DNA of 64,000 bases, from contig NC_087437.1 in NCBI RefSeq assembly GCF_036321535.1, positions 100,008,001-100,072,000 on the forward strand, in the 5' to 3' direction. This DNA comes from Camelus dromedarius (taxonomy: Eukaryota). Under the pieces are notes generated by a model. The model did no database searches. It was given only the letters and a program-made list of their open reading frames with translations, and had not been told where the DNA came from. Each line of letters begins with the position of its first letter. The stretch's first letter is position 1. This document shows, piece after piece, positions 40,310-53,800 of this stretch. The translations under genes and the position numbers were made by a program.

Positions 40310-40980
40310 ATAAGACAGATAATACCTGTTTAATAAACTTTTTTAAAGAAAATTAAAAAATTAATTTGCCAACTTATTTATGAAGTCAGTATAATCTTGA
40401 TTCTTCACCTAAATACAGAATAGGACTTAATATAAAGGTTAATCCAAACTCACAAATTTTTAAATACAGAGATATAGCTATACTTAATGAGATATAATGA
40501 TACTAATGTAGAAATTTTTTTCCAATAATGCAAGGATGATTCAATCTCATGTACGTAATGTAATTTGCCACAAGAATGAAATAAAGGACAAAAACACACA
40601 ATCTTCTGAATAAATGCAAAAAAATTTATAAAATAACATTCAATGTCCCTTTATGATCATGAGAAAAAGAGAAAAACTTCTAGAAAACTAAAAGCAGACA
40701 ATGTCCCTGTTTTGATAAAGATTATCTAAACTGCAGTAAACATCATACTCAATGGAGAAACTTCAGACACTTTCCTTTAAAGCCTGCAGTTAGACAAGGA
40801 TGTTCAGTACTAACTAGTTAAGGAGGAAACCTGAATTAACGGAAACACATTTTATATTCGTGGGTATATTTACTTAATATTTATCAATTTTTTCCTAAAG
40901 GAACCAATAAATTTAAATAATTCAAATTTTAAAATCAGTTCTAGGGGAATTTGTTAATCTGATTCTAATGTTTTCCGTGG
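40310..40980 (+). mobile_element. Old L1 ORF2 fragments
   Basis: 'ttatgaagtcagtataatcttgat', 'aatgcaaggatgattcaat', 'aaacatcatactcaatggagaaac', 'agacaaggatg'. Confidence 0.7.
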
Positions 40981-41899
40981 AATATTAGTGGAGGAATCAT
41001 ATCCCACACTTTTCCAGTGGTTGGTAACTTCTTGCAAAAAATTAAATAAAAGGCAGATGTAGAAACACACTTAAGTCTGGTATTTAGGGCCATTAGTTTC
41101 TCAGTCTAGTGCAAATTGTAGCAATCCTCAATATATAAAGTTTAACTTCTTTGATGATAACCAAAGTTTTTCATCTTGAAGGATAAAATTATATATCTAC
41201 ACACACTCACTAGAAAATTAGTTTTTAAAACAATATTAATGGTTCTTTAACATCGTCATTTAAAGTATGCATATTTATAGCTGCATACTAAATAAACACT
41301 AGATAATCAGATAGAAAGTTTTAAATGACGCTTTTTCTTTGTTCTTCCCTGACATGGCATTCTGCTAATTTTGGTACATGTTTTATATCAAACTCCCTAA
41401 CTCTAATCTCTCAGAAACTCATTAATCTACATTAATAGCCTTTCTGGGAAGCTCTAAGTTTAATCAATTCTTATTCGATAAGAGTCTCTAATGCTTTCAG
41501 TGATGGGAGATGTACTGAGCAACAAACTGTTTCAGAACCATCAGCATTTTCTGAAGTCATGTCAGATGCTGATAAAGTGAAATTCCTCATACAGTACAGG
41601 AATGTAATTCTCAATTCTTTATCCACTGAGCAGGTTAATAAAATAGAAGGCCCTCAAACTGGTATCTAAATACTCAAGAGATAACGTATTAAAACATGGT
41701 ATTTCTTCATAATCTGGATACTTTCGTATCCAGATAATGCAAGCTGTTTTCGCAGTGACCTGATGGAGCTACAGAAGTCACTGTTAGGCTCGGTTTTTAC
41801 GTGTCTGTCCACCACAATGAAGGCAATAACAGTGGTTAACCGCCGGTTTTTACAGCAAACGCCTTACCTCTGAGCTACACTCCAATTCGTTATATTTAT

Positions 41900-42110
41900 A
41901 CAGCCTTTCTTACAATTTACATAATCCTTTACATCAATCATCTTATTTTATCCTCACAACTCTATGAAGCTGGAGAGACTAGAGATGCTATTACCAATGG
42001 GGAAATGGAACCCAGTGACCTTGTGTGCAGACACCTAGAAAGCAACAAAACTGGACTCAGGCCCTGGGCCATTGACCCCCAGGTACAAAGCCCTCCGCCA
42101 CATTGCACTG
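41900..42110 (-). mobile_element. MIR SINE
   Basis: 'tcttattttatcctcacaactctatgaag...atggggaaatgga'. Confidence 0.55.
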
Positions 42111-45100
42111 GACAAGAACCACAATGGGCTGAGGAGAAGCTTCTCCAAGAAAAATAAAAAAATTGAAAACACAAGCACTCAGGTCAGGCTTCAATGCCTT
42201 TATGGTTGTTAATAAACTAGTTACTCAGTGCTAATGAACTGTTCTTCGTATGAAAAGTTGATGCTGCTGGTCAGCCATCAAAATGAGATGTTTGCCATCT
42301 GATTTCTCCAAAGCTGGAGTGCTTGGTTCTGTACCAGCTCCCATTTGCTCTTCGTCTCTAAACGTGCTCACCCAGCCTTGTCAGGATGGTCCGAGGAGCT
42401 TGGTGTGGGCAGATGGCGGTTTGTGGTTAGGAGCCTGCAGGGCTTCTGAAGGTAATGTTCTCTTACTCTTCTCTGTGTCTCACATGCCCAGAGTAATGCA
42501 GCTGACAGACAGAAATTATGTACATACAGACACACACCCACCCACCAACCACCCTCCAAGCACACACTTATTTAACTTAAATTCTGAATTCCAGTGGACG
42601 GTCCCTCTGCTATGACACTGACCCAGCAAGCCTGCACAAGTCTGCACACCATGCGGACCCACCACTTGTGCCTAGAGCTCACGGAATTACTTAGTTGGCA
42701 AAGCAGGACCCCAAACACTGCTTTTTGCCCACATCCACATCTTTGTGCCTTGATGCTGATATTTCTTCCCTCTTTGTCCTCCTGCAGCACTAAGTTCTCC
42801 TCTTGCTTCAAGACACCGACCAAATGCCCCTTTCCTCTAAGGCCTCCCCGACTCCCACCACAGGCCAGGTCACTGGAAGGACTCTCTCCCTGCTTTGGGC
42901 CACCATCACACTCTCACTGCCCTCAGTCACTGCAGCGTGAAGCAAGGTCTGCGATGTAAGTGGCTGGTCTTAGGGAGGATTATAACACTGAGAGCGCTTA
43001 AGAGAAGAGAACAAAACGATTCTAGTTTGACATTATTTGAATAAACTCAGTGAAGCAACATTGCCCTGTGTTCAAAACGAAAATTTTAGTGCCTAGGGAT
43101 TTCTTTGTTTAACAGGTAAAATTAAAAGGTTGTATCTAGCATGGAAGGTGAAAAGAGTGTGTTAGTGTTATAGAACCATTTCTCACCATCTTGCAACTTC
43201 CATGCATAATGTAACTGTAAGCCAAACATGGAATAACTGTGGTGGGGAAGACCAATTAGCAAATGTATTGCCCCAAATTCTATATAAAAATGCATATGAT
43301 TATATTCAAGCAATTATTTGGATCAACTAATATCTTACCTTCAATATAAGCAGTATTACTAAAAGTAATAGTTTATTTTTATTTACCAAGTACTCCACTT
43401 GAACTAGATTCAATCATTTGGATTAAGTTTTTGGTTTTGTTTTCATGCATAAAGCCATGGTATAATTAAAATCAATTTCAAAAAAAGTAATTTTATTTTG
43501 TTTAGACATTGGATTGTTTTTACTAAACATTATTTATAATTAAGGCTTTGGTTCTGATCAGATTTTAGCACATATAAATATTTAAGAATTCTAACTTACA
43601 GTGTGAAATCAAGATTTATAAATAAAAATTGTATCTCTTGGCCTCCAATTTCAAATGGCTAAACCACTGAATTAGCTTTGGGAATACAAACACTAAAAGA
43701 AATGAAATTGCTAATAGTCTTCTTCTCAGGAAAATTTTCCAATTTTCTGAACACAGAAATCTCTATATATTAAAGTCATATAGAAACAAAACAGTCTATT
43801 ACTTCTTAAACATGGGCCAGACCTCCCTCTCTGACTGATTTCTTTAAATGATAAATCAAAACTGATCAAATGTGAAAACATAAGAAATCACTTGAAAATT
43901 AAAAAGTGCTGTTAAGTATGTAAGATTTTATTATTATTAAACTGCACTAAATTAAACCATATGAAGATTAACCATCTGCCGTCTGGGTTTTTCTCTTCAT
44001 AGTTCCAAGCTGACCATTGGCTTACACTGCCTTTGTCAGAATCTCTACATAATTCACTCTAGGAAGAAAAGCAAACAAATCTAAAATATTTTTTTCTTCC
44101 TGTGTGTTAGAGGCAAATCCTTATGGATACTTCCCTAGAGTCATCAAATCAGCTTAAAAAACAATTAGCATAGCTTACATATACGTACTGATCATTGTTT
44201 TTAAGAACAGATTAGAGCTGTAGCTTTTTAAATGTACATAGTTATCAAAAGAATAAAGCCAACCACAAAATAAGAATTAACATGTATATATAAACTAAAA
44301 ACAATGTGCAGTATACTGTATATATGTATTTATGTGCAATATAATGTATATGTGTAGTCACACTGTAATAATTCTACCTAATAAAACTGAAAAAGGAAAA
44401 AAAAAGAAAAAAATTATCATAGTGAGTAATGCATGCTCTATTTAATTTTCAGTCCAGGTCTGCTCTTTGTTTTTTATTTCACTTTTTCACCTTTTACGTT
44501 GTACATTAGAAATAGGTTTCCCATTGTTCTCACTTCCTAGAAACCATATGTATTGACTAGGGTCTCTGGTTTGGCTTATTGAATTTCTCACGTGGCATGG
44601 AAATTTAGCTTCACCTTTTCTACCGACATAAAAGAACAGCAAGTATCCAAGAAGAAAGCCTGGTCTCTCCCATTTTACATGTTCAACACAAATTTGAACA
44701 GGCCAGGCCAGTGAACGCAGGCCAACAAGTATTCCGTGTGAGGGCAGGTTGAGGTGCACTGGGGAGCAGAGAACAGTGACCCAGCTTTCTTGTACCCTGT
44801 GAACATGGCGTTACTCCAATATTTGGAAGAAAATGCATTTTTATTTTCATTTTTTATTCTATTTAAACACATCTACTCCTGCCACAAACTGAATTTTTAG
44901 GTTCTGCAGATACAGTAAATATCACAAAAGGCTGAAATTCCTACTGATGAGCTGCACTGTCTCTCCCACAGGGGAAAGAAAGAAGACTGGGTTTACACTT
45001 GGCACAGTGAGAGCTGCTCTAGTTCGCCTTCCAAACTGAACAGGACAGTGACCTTTAGTCCCTCTCACACGTGAGTGGTAACATGCTTTCACGAGCAAGG

Positions 45101-45489
45101 CTTCACTCACCCTTCTTGGGAGGCTTCCTGCACCTAAATCGTTCTCAGTTTTAAAGTATCTCTTTTCCCGGTCCCGGTGTTAAGCAAAACGTTTTTCTTT
45201 CTAGACGTTGTCTTTCGAATCATAGTTTTATTCCTTTGTATCGTGTTAAACAATTTTCTTCACCACTTGAATCTTTGAAAGATGAGTGGGTGGTTATTAT
45301 GTTCCTCTCCCTGTCCCTTCGCCAGGCAATGCATATTTTATGCCCTTTATTTTCCCGCAGAAGATGAATTCTTCTATTCTTTAAATTATTTCAATTGCTC
45401 TTCTCTGAGTCCTCCTCCTCCAAGATTGTTTCCAAATCTGAAGTGATTAAATGTCCCAATATTAGCTAACCCTGTGTCGTCACCATTCT

Positions 45490-45685
45490 GAACTGTTAGC
45501 ACTCATTAACCCAGTTAATCCTCACCACAGGTCTGTGACGCCAAGCCTAGGGTTTTAGCAGTTTTACTGATGGGCTCCGAAAGGTTAGGTAATTTGCCTC
45601 CAGTTATTCATCCAACAAGCAGCAAAGCTAGGACTGGAACTCAGGCCTCCTGGTTCTAGGGCCTGTCTTAACCACTATACCAACT
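45490..45685 (-). mobile_element. MIR SINE
   Basis: 'ttaatcctcaccaca...aggttaggtaatttgcc...ggactggaactcaggc...cttaaccactatac'. Confidence 0.75.
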
Positions 45686-46011
45686 GTGTCTCAGTAACAG
45701 CTGGCCTTTGAGATCCAATTTGAGCTTTATGTCCTTTATTCACAATAAGAACATATTTACAGAAAACGAAAAGTTAAGTCAGAGTTGGAAGAGAGTGTAT
45801 TTAAATGCCTTTTTCTTATGAAGCAATAATACAATTCAGGGTACATTTTATCTTCTCTTACTGTTTAATCCCAACTCAAAATATGAATTAAACAGTTTGT
45901 TATCTCCCATTTTCATTGTATAGGCTCTTTGAGATATTTTGACCCTCAAAATTGCCTTTTACAATACAAGTATTCTCAGGGAAAGTTATGTCTTTGTTAT
46001 TATCAGCTAAC

Positions 46012-46013
<2 letters not shown>

Positions 46014-46058
<45 letters not shown>
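46014..46058. repeat. (TG)22 microsatellite
   Basis: Directly visible. Confidence 0.97.
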
Positions 46059-46061
<3 letters not shown>

Positions 46062-48451
46062 CACATGTGTCTATAAAAACAATGAATGTACCCTTTTTAT
46101 GGTAATATATATATATATATATATTTTTAACTACTATGAAAAGAATAAGTGAAAGTTCAGTGAAACTGGATACTTACATATATTTTGCTTCTCTGAAAGT
46201 GGACACTGCTACTTTCTGATTTTCTACAATAAACATTTATCTGTAGGTCATCAAAGGATATTTATTTTTTAAACAAATTACTCTGAATTGTAGAGTATAT
46301 TCTGGGTTATACAGTATCTGTAATCTTTTCTCAAATTGAACACAGTCTGAAAAATTATATATTCACTCATTCATTCACCAAGTCTCTGTGGGGTGCTTAC
46401 ACTATTGTAGGCACTGAAATAGATTTGATGTATTTAAGAGAAGAGTGTGTATCAAATAAATAAGTATTCCACCTTGGAATGTGGAAATGCAAATGAAACA
46501 AGAATTAAAAACATATGCCACTAATAAAACTGCTATAGATAGAACATATTCCCCAAAAGAGATGGCAAATTATGCTTTTAATCTTACATTAAACCTGAGT
46601 AAACATATGTATTTACAATAATTAGAGCAGTAAAAAGAGCAACCTACAGCCATAATAAATTGTGCACTGAAAAACTTAACAATGAAAATGTCTTAGGTAA
46701 CATGACTAATGAATAAAATGACTAGTCCAGTACCTTACTTATAGCAAATATCAATAAGTATTTGTAGAAGGAGTGATAATGTACATAATACATCTCTTCT
46801 TGTGCAAAATTCTGTTGCTTCTTTGCGTTATATAATGGAGCTGAACCTATCATCCATAAGCCCACTTTCCACTGAGCATCAGGGGAAAATTACACCACCA
46901 TCCACATCATAATAACAGAAATAATTAATAATGCAAATTATTACCTTACTCTCTCCCATTATAAAACATTCTCTTTCAGGTAAACCCAGCCTGTAAATTC
47001 TAGGCTTTCAGTAACTTCCCCAACTTTACTCTCCAAACACCAAACAAAAACAAAACAAACAGTGTGTCCAGGTGGAGAAGGAACCCCCTGACACTCACTG
47101 TCCCCGGAACCTTTACTGTTGTCTGACGCTGAGTGGCTGCTCTGGTCAGGGCCCTGAATGCCTGGCTACCTCCCCATCTGAAGAAGCTGCAGCTGGTGGA
47201 ACCCCCAGTCTCCTACCTCCTGCATCTAAACACAGGCGACCTCATGATGTCTAATGTTGGTTCTCAGTGAATTCAGCCAATGGCTCTATCTACGCAGCAT
47301 GTGCAGTGGTACCTGGGTGTCTAGCTGAGTAGCCTCTGTAGTCTCATAGAGAAGGTGACCCTAAAACCACTCTCTCCTTCTGCCATCCTGATTCTCTTAC
47401 CTGAGTTCCATTCACACATATCAACAGAGTTGAATCTGAAAAACTACCAACACAAACACTGAAAACAAAGCAGAAGGAATGGCCCAATGTCATCTCTGAG
47501 GGACTAAAAACCACTCAGCGGCCCCCACTGCCTTCCCAATTTACGATCCCTGTTCCAGTTTGCTAGTGTCTCCTAACAGTTTGAACACTTGGGAATCAGT
47601 TCACTTTAACTTTTGGTCTTGTTATGTTTCCTTAATATCTATTGTCTTTATGTAAGGTCCCTTCGAATCTTTAACCAAACTTTTTAAATAAAGAGAACAG
47701 TATTCTGCCTTTTCTTCATGAAGGACAGAATGAATGGCTGCATAAAATCAGCTTTATTTTCTCCCTAGTCAGATTTATGTTATAGAGTATAAATTAAAGA
47801 GAAAAGAAACATACTGAGACAGAGCTCTCTCTATAATCACTTCAGACTTGCCCTTTCCCTCATCCCTAATTTCAAAAAAAGATAACAGAAAGCTTCACGC
47901 TGGCATGTTCCACAGTCAGGAAGAGTATGAGCTCAACTGTGTATGCGAAAACTTAGTTGTTTTTCTTTGATTCATCCGATAGCATCACACTGGGTCAGTT
48001 TCTTGTTTACGATGTCTTTATTGTTTCTGGTCTTAGAACAATAAACAGCCCTAAGTGGTTTCAATTACAGCAGCAGAACTGTGCAAATGAACTTTGGCTT
48101 TGTTTCATGTTGAATAGGGGGTTTTATGGTTTTATAAATGGTGATGTTTAGGAATCTTGCCAATGCTGTTCTATAAACAGTGAAGACTCACATTTGCCAG
48201 CTCTAGGCCTTTAATCACCCAAATATTCTTCCCCTGATATGGATAAAATATTTTTAACCCCGTTCCATGGAGATGAATAGGAATGATCAAATTATCTGTG
48301 GATTCAACAATTTGCATAAACAAGGTATTGGAATGTTTTTGCTGGTCGTGTGTGCATCAGTTGATACTTGATTTTATCTTTGTATGTCTTCTTTAACTGC
48401 AGGAAAATATTAGGTAGCTGCCACTCATTTGTAATGAATATAACACACAGT

Positions 48452-48760
48452 TGTATCAGAAGGGATAAATTAAAGGATAAATTTTTGGTAACAAACAGTG
48501 ACCCCCCAACAAACACCCCTTCCCAATTTCAGTGGCCTCACAGAATAAAAGTTTCTATATAAGATGTATATATAGTCAGTCAGGGAGCAATCCTACCTCA
48601 TGTTTTCATGATCACCTAGGCAGAGAGAATTCTGGAAATTCTGGCACTAACAATTAAATGCTCTAGAACTAGTAACACAGACCCTCCATCCACAGGGGGT
48701 CCAGGAAATTCAATCTTCCATTTGCCTTAGGGCAGCAATAATAGTAAAGCACTGACTCAT
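48452..48760 (-). mobile_element. Old MLT1 (K/L-type) LTR
   Basis: 'ggtaacaaaca...aatttcagtggcctcacagaataaaagtttct' and 'caattaaatgctct'. Confidence 0.5.
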
Positions 48761-48822
48761 TTACAGAACCTGAAGTTTCAATGTCATAGAATGTTCTGGA
48801 AAAAAAGTCATCTGTTAGTGAA

Positions 48823-49270
48823 TATATTAGTCAGCTAGGATTGCCATAACAAATTTCCCCAGACTGGGTAACTTACACACAGAAATTTCTTTCTCAGAGT
48901 TTTAAAGGCTGTAAGTCCAACATCAAGGTTTGCTTTCTCCTGAAGCCTCTCTCCTGGGCTTGCAGATGGCTGTCTTCTCACTGTCCTCACATGGCACATG
49001 CATCCCTAGTGTCTCCTTCTCTTTTTATAAGGACACAGTCATATTGGATTAGGGATCCACTCTATTGACCTCATTTCAACTTATTCACCTCTTTAAAGGC
49101 CTGCTATCCAAATACAGTTACACAGATTAGGGCCCACCCATCTGAATTCATTTAACTTCAATTACCTCTTTATTGAAGGTTCCGATCTCCAAATGCAATT
49201 ACATTCTGAGATACTGGGGTTTGGGAATTCAACATGTGAATTTGGGGGGCACAAAATTCAGCCCATAACA
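48823..49270 (-). mobile_element. MLT1A/B-like solo LTR
   Basis: 'ttgccataacaaa...cttgcagatggctgtcttctc...aaaattcagcccataaca'; TSD gtgaa / gtgag. Confidence 0.85.
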
Positions 49271-49794
49271 GTGAGCATCACAGTCTGGCAGTGTGTCTCA
49301 GCAGTTCAGTCTCACAGACTGAAAATAACTTGCAAGTGAAAATAAGACAGACCAATATTGTACAGCCTACATGTGGCATTTAAAGAGTCTCAAGTATGAG
49401 AACAATTTCTGACAATAGAAAAATCTTCTGTGATTCAAGTTCATACTGGAATTTTAATAGTAGAAAACTTTGAACAGGAAATTTAGAACTTTGCCTATAT
49501 TGTTCCAATTAGTTGTTTCAAGTTTTTGCAGAATATGCTAAGTCTTAATCATCATTAAATTTAAAAGAGAGGAAAATGCCAGGTAAGAACTATTTGATAT
49601 TAAGAATTAGAATTTATTCCTCATCAAACTGAAGGAATTATATCAATACAATTATTTGCCTTCAGAGGTCTGTGGCTTATTCTTCATCTGACTTTTCATT
49701 AAGCATCTTGATTCAGCAGAATTAAGAAAAACTGTATTTATATTAATGCGCAAAGCATTTCACAGTTCTGTGGGTGGAATCTACGTTGCAATTC

Positions 49795-49945
49795 TAATTC
49801 TGAGCACAGAACCATTTATAATTTTTTGTGCATTCTTGTTCTAATCAATTAACCTCACTGAGTTGCAATTTCATTATATGCATAAAAGAAGATAAGACCA
49901 ACTTTCCGCCTTTAAGAGAGGATAATATTTGAAAGTGGGTTGTAA
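49795..49945 (+). mobile_element. MIR SINE
   Basis: 'aattaacctcactgagttgcaatttcattatatgcataa...gaggataatatttgaaagtg'. Confidence 0.5.
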
Positions 49946-50372
49946 ATAGGCCAGAATATAAAATGGAATGAAAGCCAACTTCTGAAGATAAAGATCCCTA
50001 AGATTAAAAAAAACTGAGTTTTATGAGAAATTGGCAAGAATGATGACCCATCAACAGAGAAAGGTGGTTAATTTTTGTAAGATTCGCTTATACTCTTCCC
50101 TACTGCAGATATATAAACAAGTTCAGTGATTTAATTCAGATTTCTTTCAGCGGACCCTTTATTAAATCAAAGAACTATATTTCAACTAATATAATTCATA
50201 GAGGTCACCTAATCTAGGGGATAGTGCTGATCACATTAAAGTTAATTAATTTAAAATACACTGTATGCGTGCCAAAGCTGCATAATTTTAGCTTTTCTAA
50301 AGAACTGCACAGATGTTTCTGCAAAGAAAGCAAAATTGCCAATAGGAGTCCAGAAGTAATGTTAAAGGCTAT

Positions 50373-50912
50373 TCTATTTACAATAGAATATACATGGAAA
50401 CAACCTAAATGTTCATTAAGAAATGACTGGATAAAGATGATATCATATATTTATACAATGGAATATTACTCAGACATAAAAAAGAATGAAATAATGCCAT
50501 TTGCAGCAACATGGATGGACCTAGAGATCATCATTCTAAGTAAAGTAAGCCAGAAAGAGAAAGAAAAATACCATATGATATCACTGATATGTGGAATCTT
50601 AAAAAAAAATGATACAAATTCCATTTACAAACCAGAAATAGACTCACAGACATAGAAAACAAACTATGGTTACCAAAGGGGAAAGGACGGGGAGAGATAA
50701 ATTAGGGGTTGGGGATTAACAGACACACATTATTATATATAAAATAGATAAACAACAAGGGCCTACTGTATAGCACAGGGAACTATATTCAATCTCTTGT
50801 AATAACATATGATGGAAAAGAATCTGAAAAGAAAAAAAATGTATAACTGAATCACTTTGCCGTACACCTGAAACTAAAACTGTAAATCAACTACACTTCA
50901 ATTAAAAAAATA
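50373..50912 (+). mobile_element. L1 3' end (ORF2 C-terminus plus 3' UTR)
   Basis: Peptide WKQPKC...MEYYSDIKKNEIMPFAATWMDLE; 3' UTR ending 'aatcaactacacttcaattaaaaaaa'. Confidence 0.93.
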
Positions 50913-51689
50913 TTTTTTAATGCTATTGAAGAACTAGGAAAGGGGCTAGGTAGGGATATAGCATAGTCCAATACAAGATTAAAGGACACTTTACAAATTG
51001 TATGAATTGTGTAAATGCGTGGTCTGTGCCATGGTTTAAATTTTATTAATGTCGTTACCTTTTTAAAATAATTATATCATTGTTATTAACAAACAATGTA
51101 TTCCAATTCCAAAAAACATAAGTGTTCCAATTGCTTACACTTTTAAGAGCATTCTTAGTTTTTTCTTCCGAGAATCCTTTCTTTCCGTGAAAATATTGGG
51201 TGACAGTGCTTATCCTGCACAACTCAGATAACGTTTATTTCCACCCTGCTTCTACTCTTTACAAGAAACATTTACCTTGTGCCTGACCATCACTCTGAAT
51301 TTTTTAATTTCTGAAATCCAGAACTCAGAATTTCCCCTCTCCTGCCATCAGGTTCATCCTAATGAATCTATTGTCCTTTGTCCTCAAAGAATCCATTTCC
51401 TCCACTCCCTGGGTCCCTGGGCAACGTGTCTTTCTGTACTGCCTTGTCTCCTAGTCTGCCCTGAAACCCACAGATTGTTCCTTTAATCAGCTTCTCACCA
51501 GCATCTTAAAAGCCCATATAGCACCTAACCACTTTATTCAGGCCCTAATAGCGTATTTCACAACTTATTTTCCCACTTTGACTCATAGGCTGCCAAAGCA
51601 GTGCCAAAAAGTGACTCATTTCACCTCAAATTCTTGCATTCCAAACACCTCCAAATAATTAACACCTTTTAATTTATCAGTTTACTCAT

Positions 51690-52380
51690 AAGAATTTCTT
51701 TTCTTGAGAAAAATACAAAAAAGTGTACAAATGAGAACAAAAATGACTAACATCCCACTATCCAAGGAGAATTATTGTTAACATTTTAGTTAACACACTT
51801 CCCATTTCTCCTATTCACCAACTATTAAAAAAAATTTTATAGGGAATCAAATTTATCAATATCTTCCTTTAAGTTTCGGATTTGTTTTCATGCTTATAAA
51901 GAATCACCTACCTCAAGTGATCAAACTATTCACCATTTTTACTTTCTGCATTTTTATAATTTTGTTTTTACACTTAAATTCTCTGGGTCACTTGTAATTT
52001 TGTGTATGTGGAATAAGGAAAAGTTTGGACTTTATTATTTTTACAAGGTTAGCCTGGTTTCTAACAGTCATAAAATGTTAGCAATTTTACAAGGCTGATC
52101 CATATCATATTTTGAAAAATCCACCCCTTCTTCTGCTGATCCTTAGTATCTTCCTCATCATATGCTAACTTGTTATCTTCACTCAAATCCATGTCTGGAC
52201 TATGTATGTTGAGCCACCAGTCAGTCAGCCTGGCCATGCTGCAAATTCATGATACTGTAATTATTGCAACCTTGTTGTATGTTTTAACATTTGGTAAAGC
52301 AAGCTTTCTTCATTAGTCCCCTTTGTAAACCACTTTTTAATTTTTGTATTACTTATGATTTAATTTTATTATTTTGATCC
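51690..52380 (-). mobile_element. Old L1 fragments
   Basis: 'aatcaaatttatcaatatcttcc', 'atgtctggact', 'tggtaaagcaag' (reverse ORF2-like). Confidence 0.55.
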
Positions 52381-52419
52381 TAATTAAAATTAGTCTTAGT
52401 TTTATTAACTCTCATTTGG

Positions 52420-53800
52420 ACTTGCAGCAGTGGTTGTCCTGTTTCCCTCTTCCTTCAAATTCTCTACCATTCAACAACCTTTTTTCATTCTCAGCAAGTT
52501 CAATCACCTCATCACATGAAGAATGTGGAAGCTGTGCATCCTGAAATTCTTCACCTTACCAGGCTCCCTCTCAAGGTGTCCCTAAATCCTTACCTTGTCA
52601 TCTCCTCTTCTGTAAGAAGGAAGAGGACCTCCTTCTTTCTGTATCTACCTTCACCACAGCATCCTTGCTTGTATTTCTTCCATCTCTTTAGAAAATCTTG
52701 CCCATCTGAAATCTTCTTGCAGTATTTTTTTTAATTTTGAATCGTACCTTTCTTTCAGCACATAAACAAGCTAAAAGTTCCCGACCCTTGCCCTTTTTGG
52801 CATCCTCCTCTCCTCTCCGATGGCTTCCCTGACCCTGAGCTCTTTTGCTTGTGAGTACCTCATTGGTTCCCTTCTCTGTTTCCACTTCCTGTTCTTCCCA
52901 CTTACCTACATGTCCCTTGATGCTCTATCCTTGCTGCTCTTTCTTCTCATTTTATACTTACTCCCTTTGCAGTCCCAACTATTTCCACAATTTAAAGTGT
53001 GACATCTCTGCATTTCCCCAAGTTAAGCCCAGTATCACAGAGTTGCACATTATTAAATTTAAAAGTAATCTCATTCACAATCTATTTCAAAACAAGCTTT
53101 ACAGATGAACAAAACAAGAATTATCCAAGTTGAGGGCAAAATCATAAATAAAATTTAGCTTTTTGGCTCTAAACCTCTCTTCAGGCACATATATTTAAGC
53201 CCACTCTAGAAAATCTCTATCTATGATTCTCCTAGGCTCTATAACTCATCAAACTCCTTTGCCTGTAGATCCAAGTCCAAAACTTCTAAACACTGCATTC
53301 AATGTCCTCTGGACTGAGTGCTCTCCACCTTTCCACCCTATCTCTTGTTAGATCCTTTATTTGGACTATATTCCCAACAATCCTGTCTATTCCTTATCTG
53401 GAATAGGCTATTCTTAATCCGTTCCTAAATTTAGACCTGTATGATTTTACTTGTCATTTATTCACATTATTTCTCTCACCTGAAACATCCTTTTCTCTCA
53501 CTACTCCTTCCATCTTCACCTAATAAATTCCCACCCATTACCTAAAGTTCCACGCAAGTAACAAGTATATCATGGTGTCCAGTCTGATGACCTTCCCATT
53601 CTGTCATCAAGAATATATTACTTTCTTACATTAAGTTCAATGTCACATGATAGCTCTCTCATGGCACTTACATTTTAACTTGTATTGCAGTTATCTGCAG
53701 ATTGTTTTACTTCACTAGTAGCACATAAACTCCGTGAGGTCAAGTATTCCTCTTTGTATCATACACATCTTCTTGGTCAGAGTTTAACAGTCAAACATGT
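52420..53800 (+). mobile_element. L2 fragments
   Basis: Pyrimidine-rich L2-like sequence; 'gtccaaaacttctaaacactgcattcaatgtcct' and 'taaactccgtgaggtcaag'. Confidence 0.55.

Noticed and set aside
44779..44795. 17-nt identity (acccagctttcttgtac) to the Gateway attB2 recombination site
   Set aside because: The match stops before aaagtgg, there is no partner att site or vector sequence, and the flanks look genomic; treated as coincidence
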